Source of the DNA: an uncultured bacterium
GTDB lineage: Bacteria; Patescibacteriota; Minisyncoccia; Phycocordibacterales; UBA6065
DNA length: 64,000 nt
Direction of reading: 5' to 3'
Assembly: GCA_966243015.1 (NCBI GenBank)
Contig: CBIMES010000002.1
Location: forward strand, 117,458 to 181,457
A model generated the notes under the pieces. That model saw nothing but the letters and a program-made list of their open reading frames with translations. It was not told the DNA's origin and made no database searches. Below are positions 1-9,863 of the stretch, piece after piece. Positions within the stretch are counted from its first letter, which is position 1, and every line of letters starts with the position of its first letter. Position numbers and translations under genes: made by a program.

Positions 1-306
1 CTGTACTCGCCTAATGGCGTCTCACTAGTTTTGGGCCTAAGCCCTACCAGGGTAAGAGTGAACTCATGACGCCTGGCAATCTACGCTCGTTCCGAACCAG
101 CGCACATTGCCAAGAATCATCACCGCCCACTGAAAACCCTTTGACCAAACCTTAAACGATTTTTACCGGCATGTGTGAAAGAACTTGTGGTCCCGTCAGA
201 GAAATTCTCTGCGACTCACAAAGACATTGTAGCAATCATTAAAGACATGTAAAGGACATACATGTGGATAAGTGTCCTTTATAAAAGACACTCCTGAAAA
301 AACGGC

Positions 307-1107
307 CTAGTTAAGAGTCTCCAGAAGAATCGGGCAATGATCCGATCCCATAATCTGAAAGAGGATGTCGGCTTTTTTTATCTTGCCGACAATGTCGTCG
401 CTCACGAAAAAGTAATCTATTCTCCACCCGACGTTTCGTTCCCGCGCGAACGTCTTCATATCCCACCAAGAGTAAGCATCCTTTCGATCAGGATTGAGAT
501 GTCGAAACGTGTCGACGTATCCGTGAGAGATTACCATATTTATCCAGGCGCGCTCCTCGGGAAGGAAGCCTGTATTTTTCTCGTTCTCCCTTGGTCGGGC
601 GAGGTCAATTGGCATATGCGCCGTATTTACATCGCCCGTAAAGATTACTGAATAGCCTTTTTTCCTCAAATTATCGACGTATTCAAGAAAGGCAGCGTAA
701 TACTTCATCTTGTATGCAAGTCGCTCGGGACCGCCGCCACCGTTGGGGAAATAGGTGTTAATAAGAGCAACCTTGGAAAGGGCCCCAAACCGACTCTCAA
801 AAAACAAGGTTATTTGACGCCCCTCCTGATCAAGCTCGGCAATATCGAAGCCGTATTCGACACTATCGGGCTTAACTCTCGTGTAAATAGCTACGCCGCT
901 GTAACCTTTCCGGGCCTTTGAATGGTCAAAATACGAATAGTAGCCGACGGGGTAGACTATATTTGATTCGAGCTGCTCTGGGTGGACTTTCGTCTCTTGA
1001 AGGCAGAATACGTCAAAATCCTGGGAGACGAGCCAATCAAACGAACCCTTCTTGATAACCGCACGAAGGCCGTTCACGTTCCAAGAGATGATTTTCATGA
1101 AACCCAT
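307..1107 (-). CDS. xth: Exodeoxyribonuclease III (AP endonuclease, ExoIII/Xth family). An alternative start at 1098 (MKIISWN...) is possible.
   Basis: The N-terminus MKIISWNVNGLRA and the ...CLQETK... motif are typical of ExoIII-family endonucleases. Length is about 260 aa. Confidence 0.9.
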   Translation of the reverse strand: MGFMKIISWNVNGLRAVIKKGSFDWLVSQDFDVFCLQETKVHPEQLESNIVYPVGYYSYFDHSKARKGYSGVAIYTRVKPDSVEYGFDIAELDQEGRQITLFFESRFGALSKVALINTYFPNGGGGPERLAYKMKYYAAFLEYVDNLRKKGYSVIFTGDVNTAHMPIDLARPRENEKNTGFLPEERAWINMVISHGYVDTFRHLNPDRKDAYSWWDMKTFARERNVGWRIDYFFVSDDIVGKIKKADILFQIMGSDHCPILLETLN

Positions 1108-1175
1108 AATACAACAGGGTCCGTCTCAAGACGAACCCCGCAAGGCGACAGCGGCACAATGTGAAACCGACCAGC

Positions 1176-2111
1176 CTAAGATTTCTTCTTATTGTGGAAT
1201 TGTTTGTGGATGTTTCTCAGGTGACTGTCGGTAACATGGGTGTAAATCTGGGTCGTGCCAATATTTGCATGGCCAAGAAGAGCCTGAACCGAGCGCAAAT
1301 CAGCGCCATTTGAGAGCAAATCGGTGGCGAATGAGTGGCGAATGACATGCGGAGTGACCTTTTTCGACATGATTCCAGCCTTCGCCGCATAGTGTTTCAC
1401 GATGCGCTCGACAGACCGGGTGGTAAGAGGCAAAGATTCCCCTTTATTCTTTTTCTCGTGGGAGACCTTAACAAAGAGAGCGTTATCAATATCATCGCGT
1501 TTATCGAGGTATCTTTTGATGATTTTTTTTGCGTCTTCCGACACGAATACCACACGCACCTTGTCTCCCTTACCGCGTATAGACAGGTCGTCCACGGAAA
1601 GGTCTATGTCTCGGGTGAGAGAGCAGAGCTCAGAGACTCGAAGCCCCGTGGAAAAAAGCATCTCGAGAATAGCCCGATCACGAAGGGATTTTAGGTCATC
1701 GCCGTCCGGGGCCTTGAGAAGGCGTTGCAATTCCTGGTCAGACATGAAATCGATATGTCGTTCGCCGACCTTTGCGAGCTCGATTCGCTCAGGAGACAGA
1801 GAGGGAATACCCCGTCGAGCGAGATACTTGAGAAAACCTCGCAAGGCAATCAAATAATAGTTCTGGGTCTTTTTCTTGAGAGTTTGGGCCGTGAAACGGT
1901 TGTTTCCCGTACTCTGCCTGTTGAGCCAGAGACGGAACTCACGGACAGAGGTGTCAGTTATGGCCGAAGGGCTATCCGATTTGATGAAGGAGAAAAAGCG
2001 ACTTACGTAGCGATCGTAATTCTCGACCGTCTTTACGCTACGGCCTCGTTCTATCTCTATATACTCCAAAAACTGCTGTTTGAGCTCTTTGAGGGAAGCC
2101 ATGTCGCACAA
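1176..2111 (-). CDS. xerC: Site-specific tyrosine recombinase XerC/XerD
   Basis: C-terminal catalytic motifs HVIRHSFATDLL and LLGHANIGTTQIYTHV carry the R-H-R-Y catalytic residues. Length is 311 aa. Confidence 0.85.
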   Translation of the reverse strand: MCDMASLKELKQQFLEYIEIERGRSVKTVENYDRYVSRFFSFIKSDSPSAITDTSVREFRLWLNRQSTGNNRFTAQTLKKKTQNYYLIALRGFLKYLARRGIPSLSPERIELAKVGERHIDFMSDQELQRLLKAPDGDDLKSLRDRAILEMLFSTGLRVSELCSLTRDIDLSVDDLSIRGKGDKVRVVFVSEDAKKIIKRYLDKRDDIDNALFVKVSHEKKNKGESLPLTTRSVERIVKHYAAKAGIMSKKVTPHVIRHSFATDLLSNGADLRSVQALLGHANIGTTQIYTHVTDSHLRNIHKQFHNKKKS

Positions 2112-2204
2112 TATTATAGCAAATAAGCCACCAGCATGCCGTCCTATAAAAAGGCCGGGAAAGGGCTTGCAATTTAAGAAGATATGTGCTATCCTTACTA
2201 CACC

Positions 2205-2471
2205 ATGCTTTCAACGACAAAGAAAACTAAAGTTATCAAGACAGCGGCAATCCACGACAAGGACACCGGTTCTCCGGAGGTTCAGGTCGCCCTTCTCACT
2301 TCTAAGATCGAGGAGCTCGCAAAGCACCTCAAGAAGCACTCAAAGGATCGACACTCGCGCCGCGGTCTTCTTGCGATGGTCGCTGACAGGCAGACCCATC
2401 TCAAGTACCTTCAGGCAAAGCATCCGAAGCGATACAGCGAGATCGCAAAGAAGCTCGAGCTCAAGAAGTAA
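2205..2471 (+). CDS. rpsO: 30S ribosomal protein S15
   Basis: The sequence ...GSPEVQVALLT..I..L..HLK.H.KD.HSRRGLL..V..R...L.YL is the S15 signature. The start was chosen at MLSTTKK (88 aa). A terminator hairpin follows. Confidence 0.9.
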   Translation: MLSTTKKTKVIKTAAIHDKDTGSPEVQVALLTSKIEELAKHLKKHSKDRHSRRGLLAMVADRQTHLKYLQAKHPKRYSEIAKKLELKK

Positions 2472-2479
2472 GTAACGAT

Positions 2480-2508
2480 ATCCGCCTTCAAAAGGCGGAT
2501 TCGTTTTT
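2480..2508 (+). terminator. Rho-independent terminator after rpsO
   Basis: Hairpin ATCCGCC-ttcaaaa-GGCGGAT followed by TCGTTTTT. Confidence 0.7.
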
Positions 2509-2637
2509 GATAACCTTCGCGATACAATGGCGCGAGAGCCCGTGACGGTTTTCGGCCGAGAGCAAACACTCGCGGGCGGCATGGCATTTATTTCACACGT
2601 TTAGACGGTATTTTTATAATCTAGTACTTTATATTTT

Positions 2638-3372
2638 ATGAGCGTAATCAAACACAAGAATCAACGAGTCGGCGTATTCATCGACGCGCAGAACCTCTAT
2701 CACAGCGCGAAGAACCTCCATCAGGGCCGAGTCAATTTCGGCGAGGTTCTCGCCACGGCAGTGGGGGAGCGACAGCTCGTCCGCGCCATCGCCTACGTCA
2801 TCACGACGGAATCGGGCGAGGAAAGCAACTTTTTCGACGCCCTCAACAAAGTGGGTATTGAAACCAAGACTAAGGACCTGCAGATTTTCTCGAGTGGATC
2901 AAAGAAGGCTGACTGGGACGTCGGTCTCGCCATCGATGCGGTAAAGCTGGCCGACAAGCTCGACGTGGTCGTGCTCGCATCGGGCGACGGCGACTTTGTG
3001 CCACTTGTCGAGTATCTCAAAATGAATGGCTGCCAGGTTGAAGTGATCACGTTCGGTAAATCCGCGTCAGGCAAGCTCAAGGAGGCCGCCGATGATTTTG
3101 TCGACCTCGACGAGAAACCCAATCTCTACGTCCTCGGACACGGGGGTAGGGGGTACGACAAGAGGCACGACGAGGCGAGAGCGCACAAGGGTCCACGCCC
3201 CAGCCAACAGGCTAGCGTCCCAACCATAGCGGGATCAATGCTTCCGCCAAAGCCAGAAAACGACCGAGCTGAGCGCACGCAGAACCGCCAGAGGCAGCAG
3301 GGAGGCCAGCGCCCAGAGCGACCAGCAAATCCACAGAATAAAATCACCAAAATCGTCAGGAAAATGAGGTAG
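2638..3372 (+). CDS. NYN/LabA-like (PIN-like) domain protein with a disordered basic C-terminus
   Basis: VGVFIDAQNLYHSAK...DVVVLASGDGDFVPLVEYLKMNGCQVEVI matches the NYN/LabA architecture. The C-terminal 80 aa are low-complexity and Arg/Gln-rich. Confidence 0.65.
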   Translation: MSVIKHKNQRVGVFIDAQNLYHSAKNLHQGRVNFGEVLATAVGERQLVRAIAYVITTESGEESNFFDALNKVGIETKTKDLQIFSSGSKKADWDVGLAIDAVKLADKLDVVVLASGDGDFVPLVEYLKMNGCQVEVITFGKSASGKLKEAADDFVDLDEKPNLYVLGHGGRGYDKRHDEARAHKGPRPSQQASVPTIAGSMLPPKPENDRAERTQNRQRQQGGQRPERPANPQNKITKIVRKMR

Positions 3373-3383
3373 AATAAAGGGAC

Positions 3384-4694
3384 ATGGAACCGAACGCTCT
3401 TAACCCCCAGAATCAGGCAGCGAAAAACGGAGCACCTGACATGACGAAGACGGTAAGCGACCTTCATGACGAAGGCGTCGATATCGTTGACCAGGGATCA
3501 TCAGAGCCAGATGAAATCGCGATGGGTTCAGAGACAGGTGCCCAGACGGAAGAAACAGAGGGAACCCTAGACGTTGACGTCGAGTCTGCCGAAAAGCCCA
3601 CTTTAGAAAAAAGCGCCGCATCGCAACCCCAGCCTCAGATTCACGTCGAATCACTCATACCTCGACCAACGGCACCGTCAGCAAGCCCCGCAAAAACCCA
3701 GGCGAGCTCAACACCAAACCCCTCTGCACCAAAACCTCAGACCCCTCCTCAGTCAGCCCTTCCAAAGACAGCCCTGCAGCAGGAAATGCAGGCGGCATGG
3801 GGAGATTCCTACGGTACAGAGCCGATGGCAAAGCCGACCGTACACAATGACCCTTCGATAAAGCCCCTCCGAACCTTCAAAAGCGACGCGGAAGAGGCCG
3901 TGCGTTATCAGAATATCTCAGCGGCGCAAATCGCCATCGCCGAGCAAAAGAAAAAGCAGGCCTCCACGCCAGTCGAAAGGGAAGAGGGGGAGAAGAGCTC
4001 GTCAGTTGGGATTCTTGCGCTCGCCCTCATAATCCTCCTTGTGGGCGCAGGCGGCGCATACTACTGGTTCTTCGTCATGAAAAAGAACCCTGCGAGCGCC
4101 CTCCCGCAGGAGCTTCGAGTAAGTACCATCATTCCGTACGCAAAGGCGAACACAGTCATTATTGGCCAGGGCAACATTATGGACACAATCGGCGGGGCAA
4201 TTCGCGCTGCAGAGCTTGAGCCGAACAGCGTCTACGCGCTCATTCCTGTCCCACAGGGAACCACAACCGTCGCGGCGCCAGTAACCTCCCTTCTCAGGGA
4301 TACCAAGATACCAAGCATGCTCAGCAGATCCCTAGCTTCGCAGTACATGGTAGGGGCCTACAACGGGACCACGAAAGACCCTTTCGTCATTCTCAAGAAT
4401 ACGTATTTCCAGAACGCCTTCGCGGGAATGCTTGAATGGGAAAAAGACCTCAGAAACGATCTCATCTCTCTCATCCGAGTCTCCCGACCCCAGGATGAAA
4501 TCACCCTCGTAAACAGAGACGTATTCGAGGATACCGTCATATCGAACATCGACGCGCGAGTCCTCAGGAACGAGGAGGGTGGAATCCTTGTCGCATACGC
4601 CTTTGCAGACAAGGACACCATTGTCATCGCAACCACGGTCGAAACCCTCAAGACAGTGCTCGACAAGCTCCTTGCGGTCAGGATTGTTCAATAA
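3384..4694 (+). CDS. Hypothetical single-pass membrane protein with a Pro/Ala/Ser-rich acidic N-terminal region
   Basis: Long ORF. One clear TM helix (SSSVGILALALIILLVGAGGAYYWFFV) separates a P/S/T-rich N-terminal half from a roughly 200-aa C-terminal domain. No recognisable family. Confidence 0.5.
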   Translation: MEPNALNPQNQAAKNGAPDMTKTVSDLHDEGVDIVDQGSSEPDEIAMGSETGAQTEETEGTLDVDVESAEKPTLEKSAASQPQPQIHVESLIPRPTAPSASPAKTQASSTPNPSAPKPQTPPQSALPKTALQQEMQAAWGDSYGTEPMAKPTVHNDPSIKPLRTFKSDAEEAVRYQNISAAQIAIAEQKKKQASTPVEREEGEKSSSVGILALALIILLVGAGGAYYWFFVMKKNPASALPQELRVSTIIPYAKANTVIIGQGNIMDTIGGAIRAAELEPNSVYALIPVPQGTTTVAAPVTSLLRDTKIPSMLSRSLASQYMVGAYNGTTKDPFVILKNTYFQNAFAGMLEWEKDLRNDLISLIRVSRPQDEITLVNRDVFEDTVISNIDARVLRNEEGGILVAYAFADKDTIVIATTVETLKTVLDKLLAVRIVQ

Positions 4695-4721
4695 TATGAT
4701 GGTCACATAGCAAAAAAACAC

Positions 4722-5105
4722 ATGTCACACACCGCACAGCTCAACACCACACACTTTAAGAAACTCCTCGAAAAGGAGCTCTCGACCCTCGAGGCCGAGC
4801 TTAAGAGCGTCGGCCACATCAACCCTGACAACCCAAAGGATTGGGAGCCGTCTTCGGGCGAGGTTGACGTGAACGCATCTGACAGCGCGGACATCGCCGA
4901 CAATATCGAGAGCTATGAATCGAACACCGCGATCCTCAAGCAGCTCGAGGCCCAGTACAACGACGTGAAGCGAGCGCTCGACAAGATAGAGAAGGGAACC
5001 TACGGGGTCTGCGAGGTCTCCGGCCACCCTATTGAGACGGAGAGGCTCGAGGCAAATCCCGCGGCGCGCACCTGCCTTGCGCACAAGGACTCCGTAGTCG
5101 CGTAA
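4722..5105 (+). CDS. DksA/TraR-family C4 zinc-finger protein
   Basis: An N-terminal coiled-coil-like region is followed by C-terminal CEVSGHPIETERLEANPAARTC, a Cys-x2-Cys...Cys-x2-Cys motif as in the DksA/TraR zinc finger. A strong terminator follows. Confidence 0.55.
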   Translation: MSHTAQLNTTHFKKLLEKELSTLEAELKSVGHINPDNPKDWEPSSGEVDVNASDSADIADNIESYESNTAILKQLEAQYNDVKRALDKIEKGTYGVCEVSGHPIETERLEANPAARTCLAHKDSVVA

Positions 5106-5121
5106 GCAAAGCATCAATATA

Positions 5122-5149
5122 AAAGGGCGCCAGAACTGGCGCCCTTTTA
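5122..5149 (+). terminator. Rho-independent terminator
   Basis: AAAGGGCGCC-agaac-TGGCGCCCTTTT. Confidence 0.8.
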
Positions 5150-5160
5150 TATTTCCTTGA

Positions 5161-6665
5161 ATGGTCGTTTGCTATGGTTGTCTCATGCCATTCGCCCGAG
5201 TATACAGTGCCCAGAATCACGCGCTCAAGGCGCACATTATATCCGTAGAGATAGACATATCTCGTGGCCTTCACTCGTTCTCAATCGTTGGACTTCCTAA
5301 TAAGGCAGTCGAGGAATCGAGAGACAGGGTGTCAGCGGCCATAAAGAACTCCGGATTTAAGTCACCCAAACAAACGCAAAGGTGACCGTTTCGCTTGCGC
5401 CGGCAAATCTCCGGAAAGAGGGCCCCGTGTTTGACTTACCCATCGCCATTGCCTATCTCTTGGCATCCGAACACCTCTCGTGCGATCCAGAGGGGAAGAT
5501 ATTCGTTGGCGAGCTCTCGCTCGATGGAAAGATAAGGCCGGTTCGAGGTATTTTCTCAATAGCAGAGATGGCCGCACGGAAGGGGGTAAGGGAAATATAC
5601 GTGGCCAAAGAGAATGCTGGCGATGCGGCAACGATCAAGGGACCCCTAGTGTTTGGATTCGAAACACTCGACGAGCTCATTTCACACCTATCGGGTACAA
5701 AGATGATCAAGCCCGCAAGGCTGTCTCAACGAGCAACAGCGGAGATGCCTTACAGCGTCACGCTCGATGACATAGCAGGCAATAATAGCGCCAAAAGAGG
5801 ACTCATCATTGCCGTCGCGGGAATGCACCCAATCGCGTTCTTTGGACCTCCGGGTACAGGCAAAAGCATGCTCGCCAAAGCCTCACAAAGCATATTGCCC
5901 GATTTAACGACCAAGGAGAGCCTCGAGGTCTCTGGTATCCACGCGGTGTCGGGACGCTTCCACTCCGGACTCATCACCAGGCCACCATTCAGATCTCCTC
6001 ACCACACGTCATCGCACACATCTATTATAGGTAGTGGTTCACCTCCGCTCCCAGGGGAGATGACGTTAGCACACAGGGGAATCCTCTTCCTCGACGAATT
6101 CCTGGAATTCGACAGGAGAACTATCGAATGCCTCAGGCAGCCACTCGAGGACAAGCGTGTCTGCATATCGCGAGCGAAGGGCGGGGCAGTTTTTCCCGCT
6201 GATTTCATGCTCATCGCCGCATTCAATCCATGCCTGTGCGGCAACAGGGGATCAAGGACGGCAAAATGCACATGCACTGCAAGCGACAGAAATCGATACG
6301 ATAGAAAACTCTCGGGCCCCATAATCGACAGAATAGACCTGTGGGTTGAGGTAGCGGAGGTGGATTACGAGGCACTCATGATTCCTGTCCCCTCAGGACA
6401 CGAAACCTTCCAGGCGAAGACACTCGTCGAGAAAGCAAGAAAGGCAAGGGAAAAAAGAGTGGCGCGAGGCGGCGAGCCCGACAGAGCAGGCATATCCGAC
6501 AAAGGGAGGGAGACGCTTCTGGCCTACGCAAAAGCAGGGAATATCTCAGCAAGGTCGCATAAAAACATCCTCCGCGTGGCGAGGACCATCGCAGATATCG
6601 AGGGGAGCGAAAACGTAGAAGCGCCCCATATTCTTGAGGCGCTTCAGTATAGAAAAAGAGAGTAG
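5161..6665 (+). pseudogene. comM: ComM/YifB-family Mg-chelatase-like AAA+ ATPase, interrupted by a frameshift near 5377-5385
   Basis: The N-terminal ComM domain (…SVEIDISRGLHSFSIVGLPNKAVEESRDRVSAAIKNSGF...) is in frame 1 and ends at a TGA at 5383-5385. The remaining roughly 427 aa (…VTVSLAPANLRKEG…, Walker A FFGPPGTGKSMLA, C-terminal Mg-chelatase domain) continue in another frame from 5382. Restoring a single A in the caaagg run gives a continuous protein. Confidence 0.8.
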
Positions 6666-6680
6666 GGCCCCAAAGAAAAC

Positions 6681-7640
6681 CTAGAACGGATTTGCCGCGC
6701 CTCGAATCTCGAAATGGACGTGAGGGCCCGTAGACTTTCCAGTCGAACCGACAAGGGCGATAGTGTCTCCCTTGGCAACAGCCTGTCCCTGGGTGATAAG
6801 GACCTTGCTTGCGTGAGCGTAGAGGGTCTGAGTTCCGTTCGGATGCGAGACCACAATGTAGGAACCGTAACCGCCGTTATAGCCAGACGATCGGACGATG
6901 ATGGCGACGCCGTCAGCGGAAGCATGGATAGGCGTACCAGTTGGCGCGGCGAGATCGACGCCGTTGTTGCCGTGAAGACCCTGGCTTCGTCGACCGCCGT
7001 CGATAGGCCTCATGTAATAATCCTTATAGAGAGGGCCGCCCGTGCTGCGGAGAGGTGCAGTAAGCTTGCCGTTTGAAGCAACGGTGGGAACCGCCTGAAT
7101 TTCGCCGTCAGGAATAAGAACGGTCGATCCGACGGCGAGCACGTCAGTTGATTTGAGGCCGTTGTAAGCCATAATTTCGTCCATGTCCGCCTTGTACTTT
7201 GTCGCAATCGAGCGGATGGTCTCGCCCTTGGCGACCGCGTGCGAAACACCGGTGATAGGAAGAATGACGAGCTCATCGCCCTCTCGAATGAGGCCCTTCT
7301 TGATGTCGTTGGCCCAAACAATGGTATTGACCGAGACGTCGAACATATCGGCGATCTGAGAGAGATTGTCGCCAGCGCGAACCACATAGAGACTGATTTC
7401 AGTCGACTTAGTCTCCGCAAAGTCTGCTGGAGTGCCCGTAACCCCCGAAGCCTGGACAAGGGCTGAGCCGTCCACAATGGTTACATCGGGACCACCTGTA
7501 GCGTTCGGATTGAGCCGAGACTGAAGGAGGGGCATATTCTGAGAGGTAAGGGTAGTGATGCCCGCATCCGCCTGCTTATTGGAAATGAGGTCTCCCACAA
7601 ACGAAAAAACGCCCGCGGAAGCGCTCAAAGGGCTCAACAT
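6681..7640 (-). CDS. LysM-domain M23-family peptidoglycan endopeptidase
   Basis: Two LysM repeats (YVVRAGDNLSQIADMF..., AVAKGETIRSIATKYK...) precede a C-terminal M23 domain (…GVDLAAPTGTPIHASADGV…GSTGKSTGPHVHFEIR). Confidence 0.85.
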   Translation of the reverse strand: MLSPLSASAGVFSFVGDLISNKQADAGITTLTSQNMPLLQSRLNPNATGGPDVTIVDGSALVQASGVTGTPADFAETKSTEISLYVVRAGDNLSQIADMFDVSVNTIVWANDIKKGLIREGDELVILPITGVSHAVAKGETIRSIATKYKADMDEIMAYNGLKSTDVLAVGSTVLIPDGEIQAVPTVASNGKLTAPLRSTGGPLYKDYYMRPIDGGRRSQGLHGNNGVDLAAPTGTPIHASADGVAIIVRSSGYNGGYGSYIVVSHPNGTQTLYAHASKVLITQGQAVAKGDTIALVGSTGKSTGPHVHFEIRGAANPF

Positions 7641-7901
7641 GGCCCCAAAAACAAAAAGAGGCTTTACGGAGTAAAGCGCTACATTGAGCCATATCTGGAA
7701 CCTCAGCCCATCCTTCTGGGGAGTAGGGGCGGAAGCTATGTGTGGGGTCTTAAAAATAACGTTAACTTATCCGGGATTTGCGGTATGTCCTTCTATTAAA
7801 TGGCTTTGTTAAGCCGTTTATGAAGGCATCTGAAGTTCGGTGTGGTATAACTATACCCAAGCCAATCCCCAAGTCAACGGTCACTTATCCCCCATGCTAG
7901 A

Positions 7902-9854
7902 ATGTCTCCTGTGACCTATCTAAACCATCTCAACGAGCAGCAGCGACAGGCTTTGAACAAAACCGAGGGACCGATGCTCATCCTGGCAGGCGCCGGAGCG
8001 GGAAAAACCAAAACAGTAACCTACAGAATCCTCCACCTGGTCAAAAAAGGGGTGCGCCCAGACAAAATCCTGGCAATCACCTTCACCAACAAGGCCGCAA
8101 AGGAGATGAGAGAACGTCTTTTCAAGCTTATTGAGCAGGATGCCGAGATAAACATGCCGGTTTCCTTCAACGAGCGACCGTTCGTGAGCACCTTCCACGC
8201 CCTCGGCGTGCACATCATCAGGGAAAACGCCCAGAAGTTCGGATTGACCCGCCATTTCACCATATTCGACCGAAGCGACTCGAAGAGAGCAGTCAAGAAT
8301 GCCATCGAGGAGATTCAGCTCGATCCGAAGCAATATGACCCGAACACAATTCTATCCATTATCTCGCGAGAGAAGGGAAATGCCGTCGGCATCGAGGAGT
8401 TCGCCAAGACCGTGAACGGCGAGTACATGCGCGAGATTATATATAAAGTATGGCAGAAGTACGAAATCGCCCTCAAAAAAGAGAAGGCTCTCGACTTTGA
8501 TGACCTGCTGCTGAAAGCCATGGAACTCCTTCGCGACGATGCGGCCGTACGAGCCCACTACCAGGAGACGTGGCACTACGTGCACATCGACGAGTACCAA
8601 GACACGAACCGAGTTCAGTACTCAATGGCGAAACTCATCACCGGCGAACGCAAGAACATCTGTGTGGTGGGCGACGTGGACCAGAACATCTACAGCTGGC
8701 GAGGGGCGGACATCAAGAACATCCTCAACTTCGAGCGAGACTTCGCGGGTTCGGTCATGGTCATGCTCGAGGAGAACTACCGATCGACCCAGACCATTCT
8801 CGAGGTAGCGAATCATATCATCAAGAAGAACAAGAACCGATTCGAGAAAAACCTCTTCACCAAAAACGGCGAGGGCGAGAAGATTACCGTCTACCCGGCA
8901 TTCGACGAGAACGACGAGGCCCGCTTTGTCGCAGAGAAGGTTCACACGCTGATAGGGCAGGGCGTCGACCCACGGGAAATCGCCGTGCTCTACCGCGCGA
9001 ACTTCCAGTCGCGAGCCCTCGAGGAAGGCATGCTCTCGCGAGGCATCGCATACCAGGTGCTCGGCACCAAGTTCTTCGACCGAAAGGAGGTTAAGGACGT
9101 GCTCTGCTTTATCCGAGGCGCTCTCAACCGCGACTCGCTCTCTGACCTCATGCGCATCATCAACGTTCCGCCGCGAGGCATCGGCAAGGCGAGCATCGCC
9201 AAGATCTTCTCGGGCATGATAGACAGCATGTCATCCGCACATCAAGAAAAGTGGCGGCAGTTCAGTGCCCTCCTCGACGGCATCAAGCACAAGGCTGAGA
9301 CCGAAAAGACGTCGGAGCTCGTCAAATACGTTCTCAACGCCACGGGGCTCGAGCAAAGCTTCCGCACCGAGGGAACGGAGGAGGCGATGGAGCGCATCGA
9401 AAACGTGCGCGAACTCGCGACACTCGCGACGAAATACGATTTCATGATGCCGGGCGAGGGCGTACAGAAGCTCCTCGAGGACGCCGCGCTCGCGAGCGAC
9501 CAGGACGAGATGGAAGAGGAGGCCCGTGCGGCGCGTCTCATGACCATACACGCCTCAAAGGGACTCGAGTTCGAATACGTCTTCATTGTCGGCCTCGAGC
9601 AGGACCTATTCCCGCACAAGGCCATGGAAAGCAAGGGCGGGAAGAAGGACGACGAGGAAGAGAGACGCCTCTTCTATGTGGCGCTCACGAGGGCGAAAAA
9701 GAAGATCTTCCTGTCACACACCTCTATCAGAACCATCTTCGGCCAGCGACAGGTGGCCGTGCCGTCTGAGTTCATCTTCGACGTACCAGACACCTACACT
9801 GAGGAGGAAGTGCGCACGACCGGCGGTGGCAAAGTTATCTATTTCGATATATAA
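7902..9854 (+). CDS. uvrD: ATP-dependent DNA helicase UvrD/PcrA family
   Basis: Helicase motif I (AGAGAGKTKT), ...TFTNKAAKEM..., ...DEYQDTN... (motif II), and C-terminal LTIHASKGLEFEYVFIVG...RLFYVALTRAK. Confidence 0.9.
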   Translation: MSPVTYLNHLNEQQRQALNKTEGPMLILAGAGAGKTKTVTYRILHLVKKGVRPDKILAITFTNKAAKEMRERLFKLIEQDAEINMPVSFNERPFVSTFHALGVHIIRENAQKFGLTRHFTIFDRSDSKRAVKNAIEEIQLDPKQYDPNTILSIISREKGNAVGIEEFAKTVNGEYMREIIYKVWQKYEIALKKEKALDFDDLLLKAMELLRDDAAVRAHYQETWHYVHIDEYQDTNRVQYSMAKLITGERKNICVVGDVDQNIYSWRGADIKNILNFERDFAGSVMVMLEENYRSTQTILEVANHIIKKNKNRFEKNLFTKNGEGEKITVYPAFDENDEARFVAEKVHTLIGQGVDPREIAVLYRANFQSRALEEGMLSRGIAYQVLGTKFFDRKEVKDVLCFIRGALNRDSLSDLMRIINVPPRGIGKASIAKIFSGMIDSMSSAHQEKWRQFSALLDGIKHKAETEKTSELVKYVLNATGLEQSFRTEGTEEAMERIENVRELATLATKYDFMMPGEGVQKLLEDAALASDQDEMEEEARAARLMTIHASKGLEFEYVFIVGLEQDLFPHKAMESKGGKKDDEEERRLFYVALTRAKKKIFLSHTSIRTIFGQRQVAVPSEFIFDVPDTYTEEEVRTTGGGKVIYFDI

Positions 9855-9863
9855 AGAGCCGAC

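Noticed and set aside
5370-5390. Possible programmed -1 ribosomal frameshift in comM.
   Set aside because: The shift site has no canonical X-XXY-YYZ slippery heptamer or downstream structure. A single-A indel in a short A-run fully explains it. No programmed frameshift is known for ComM.
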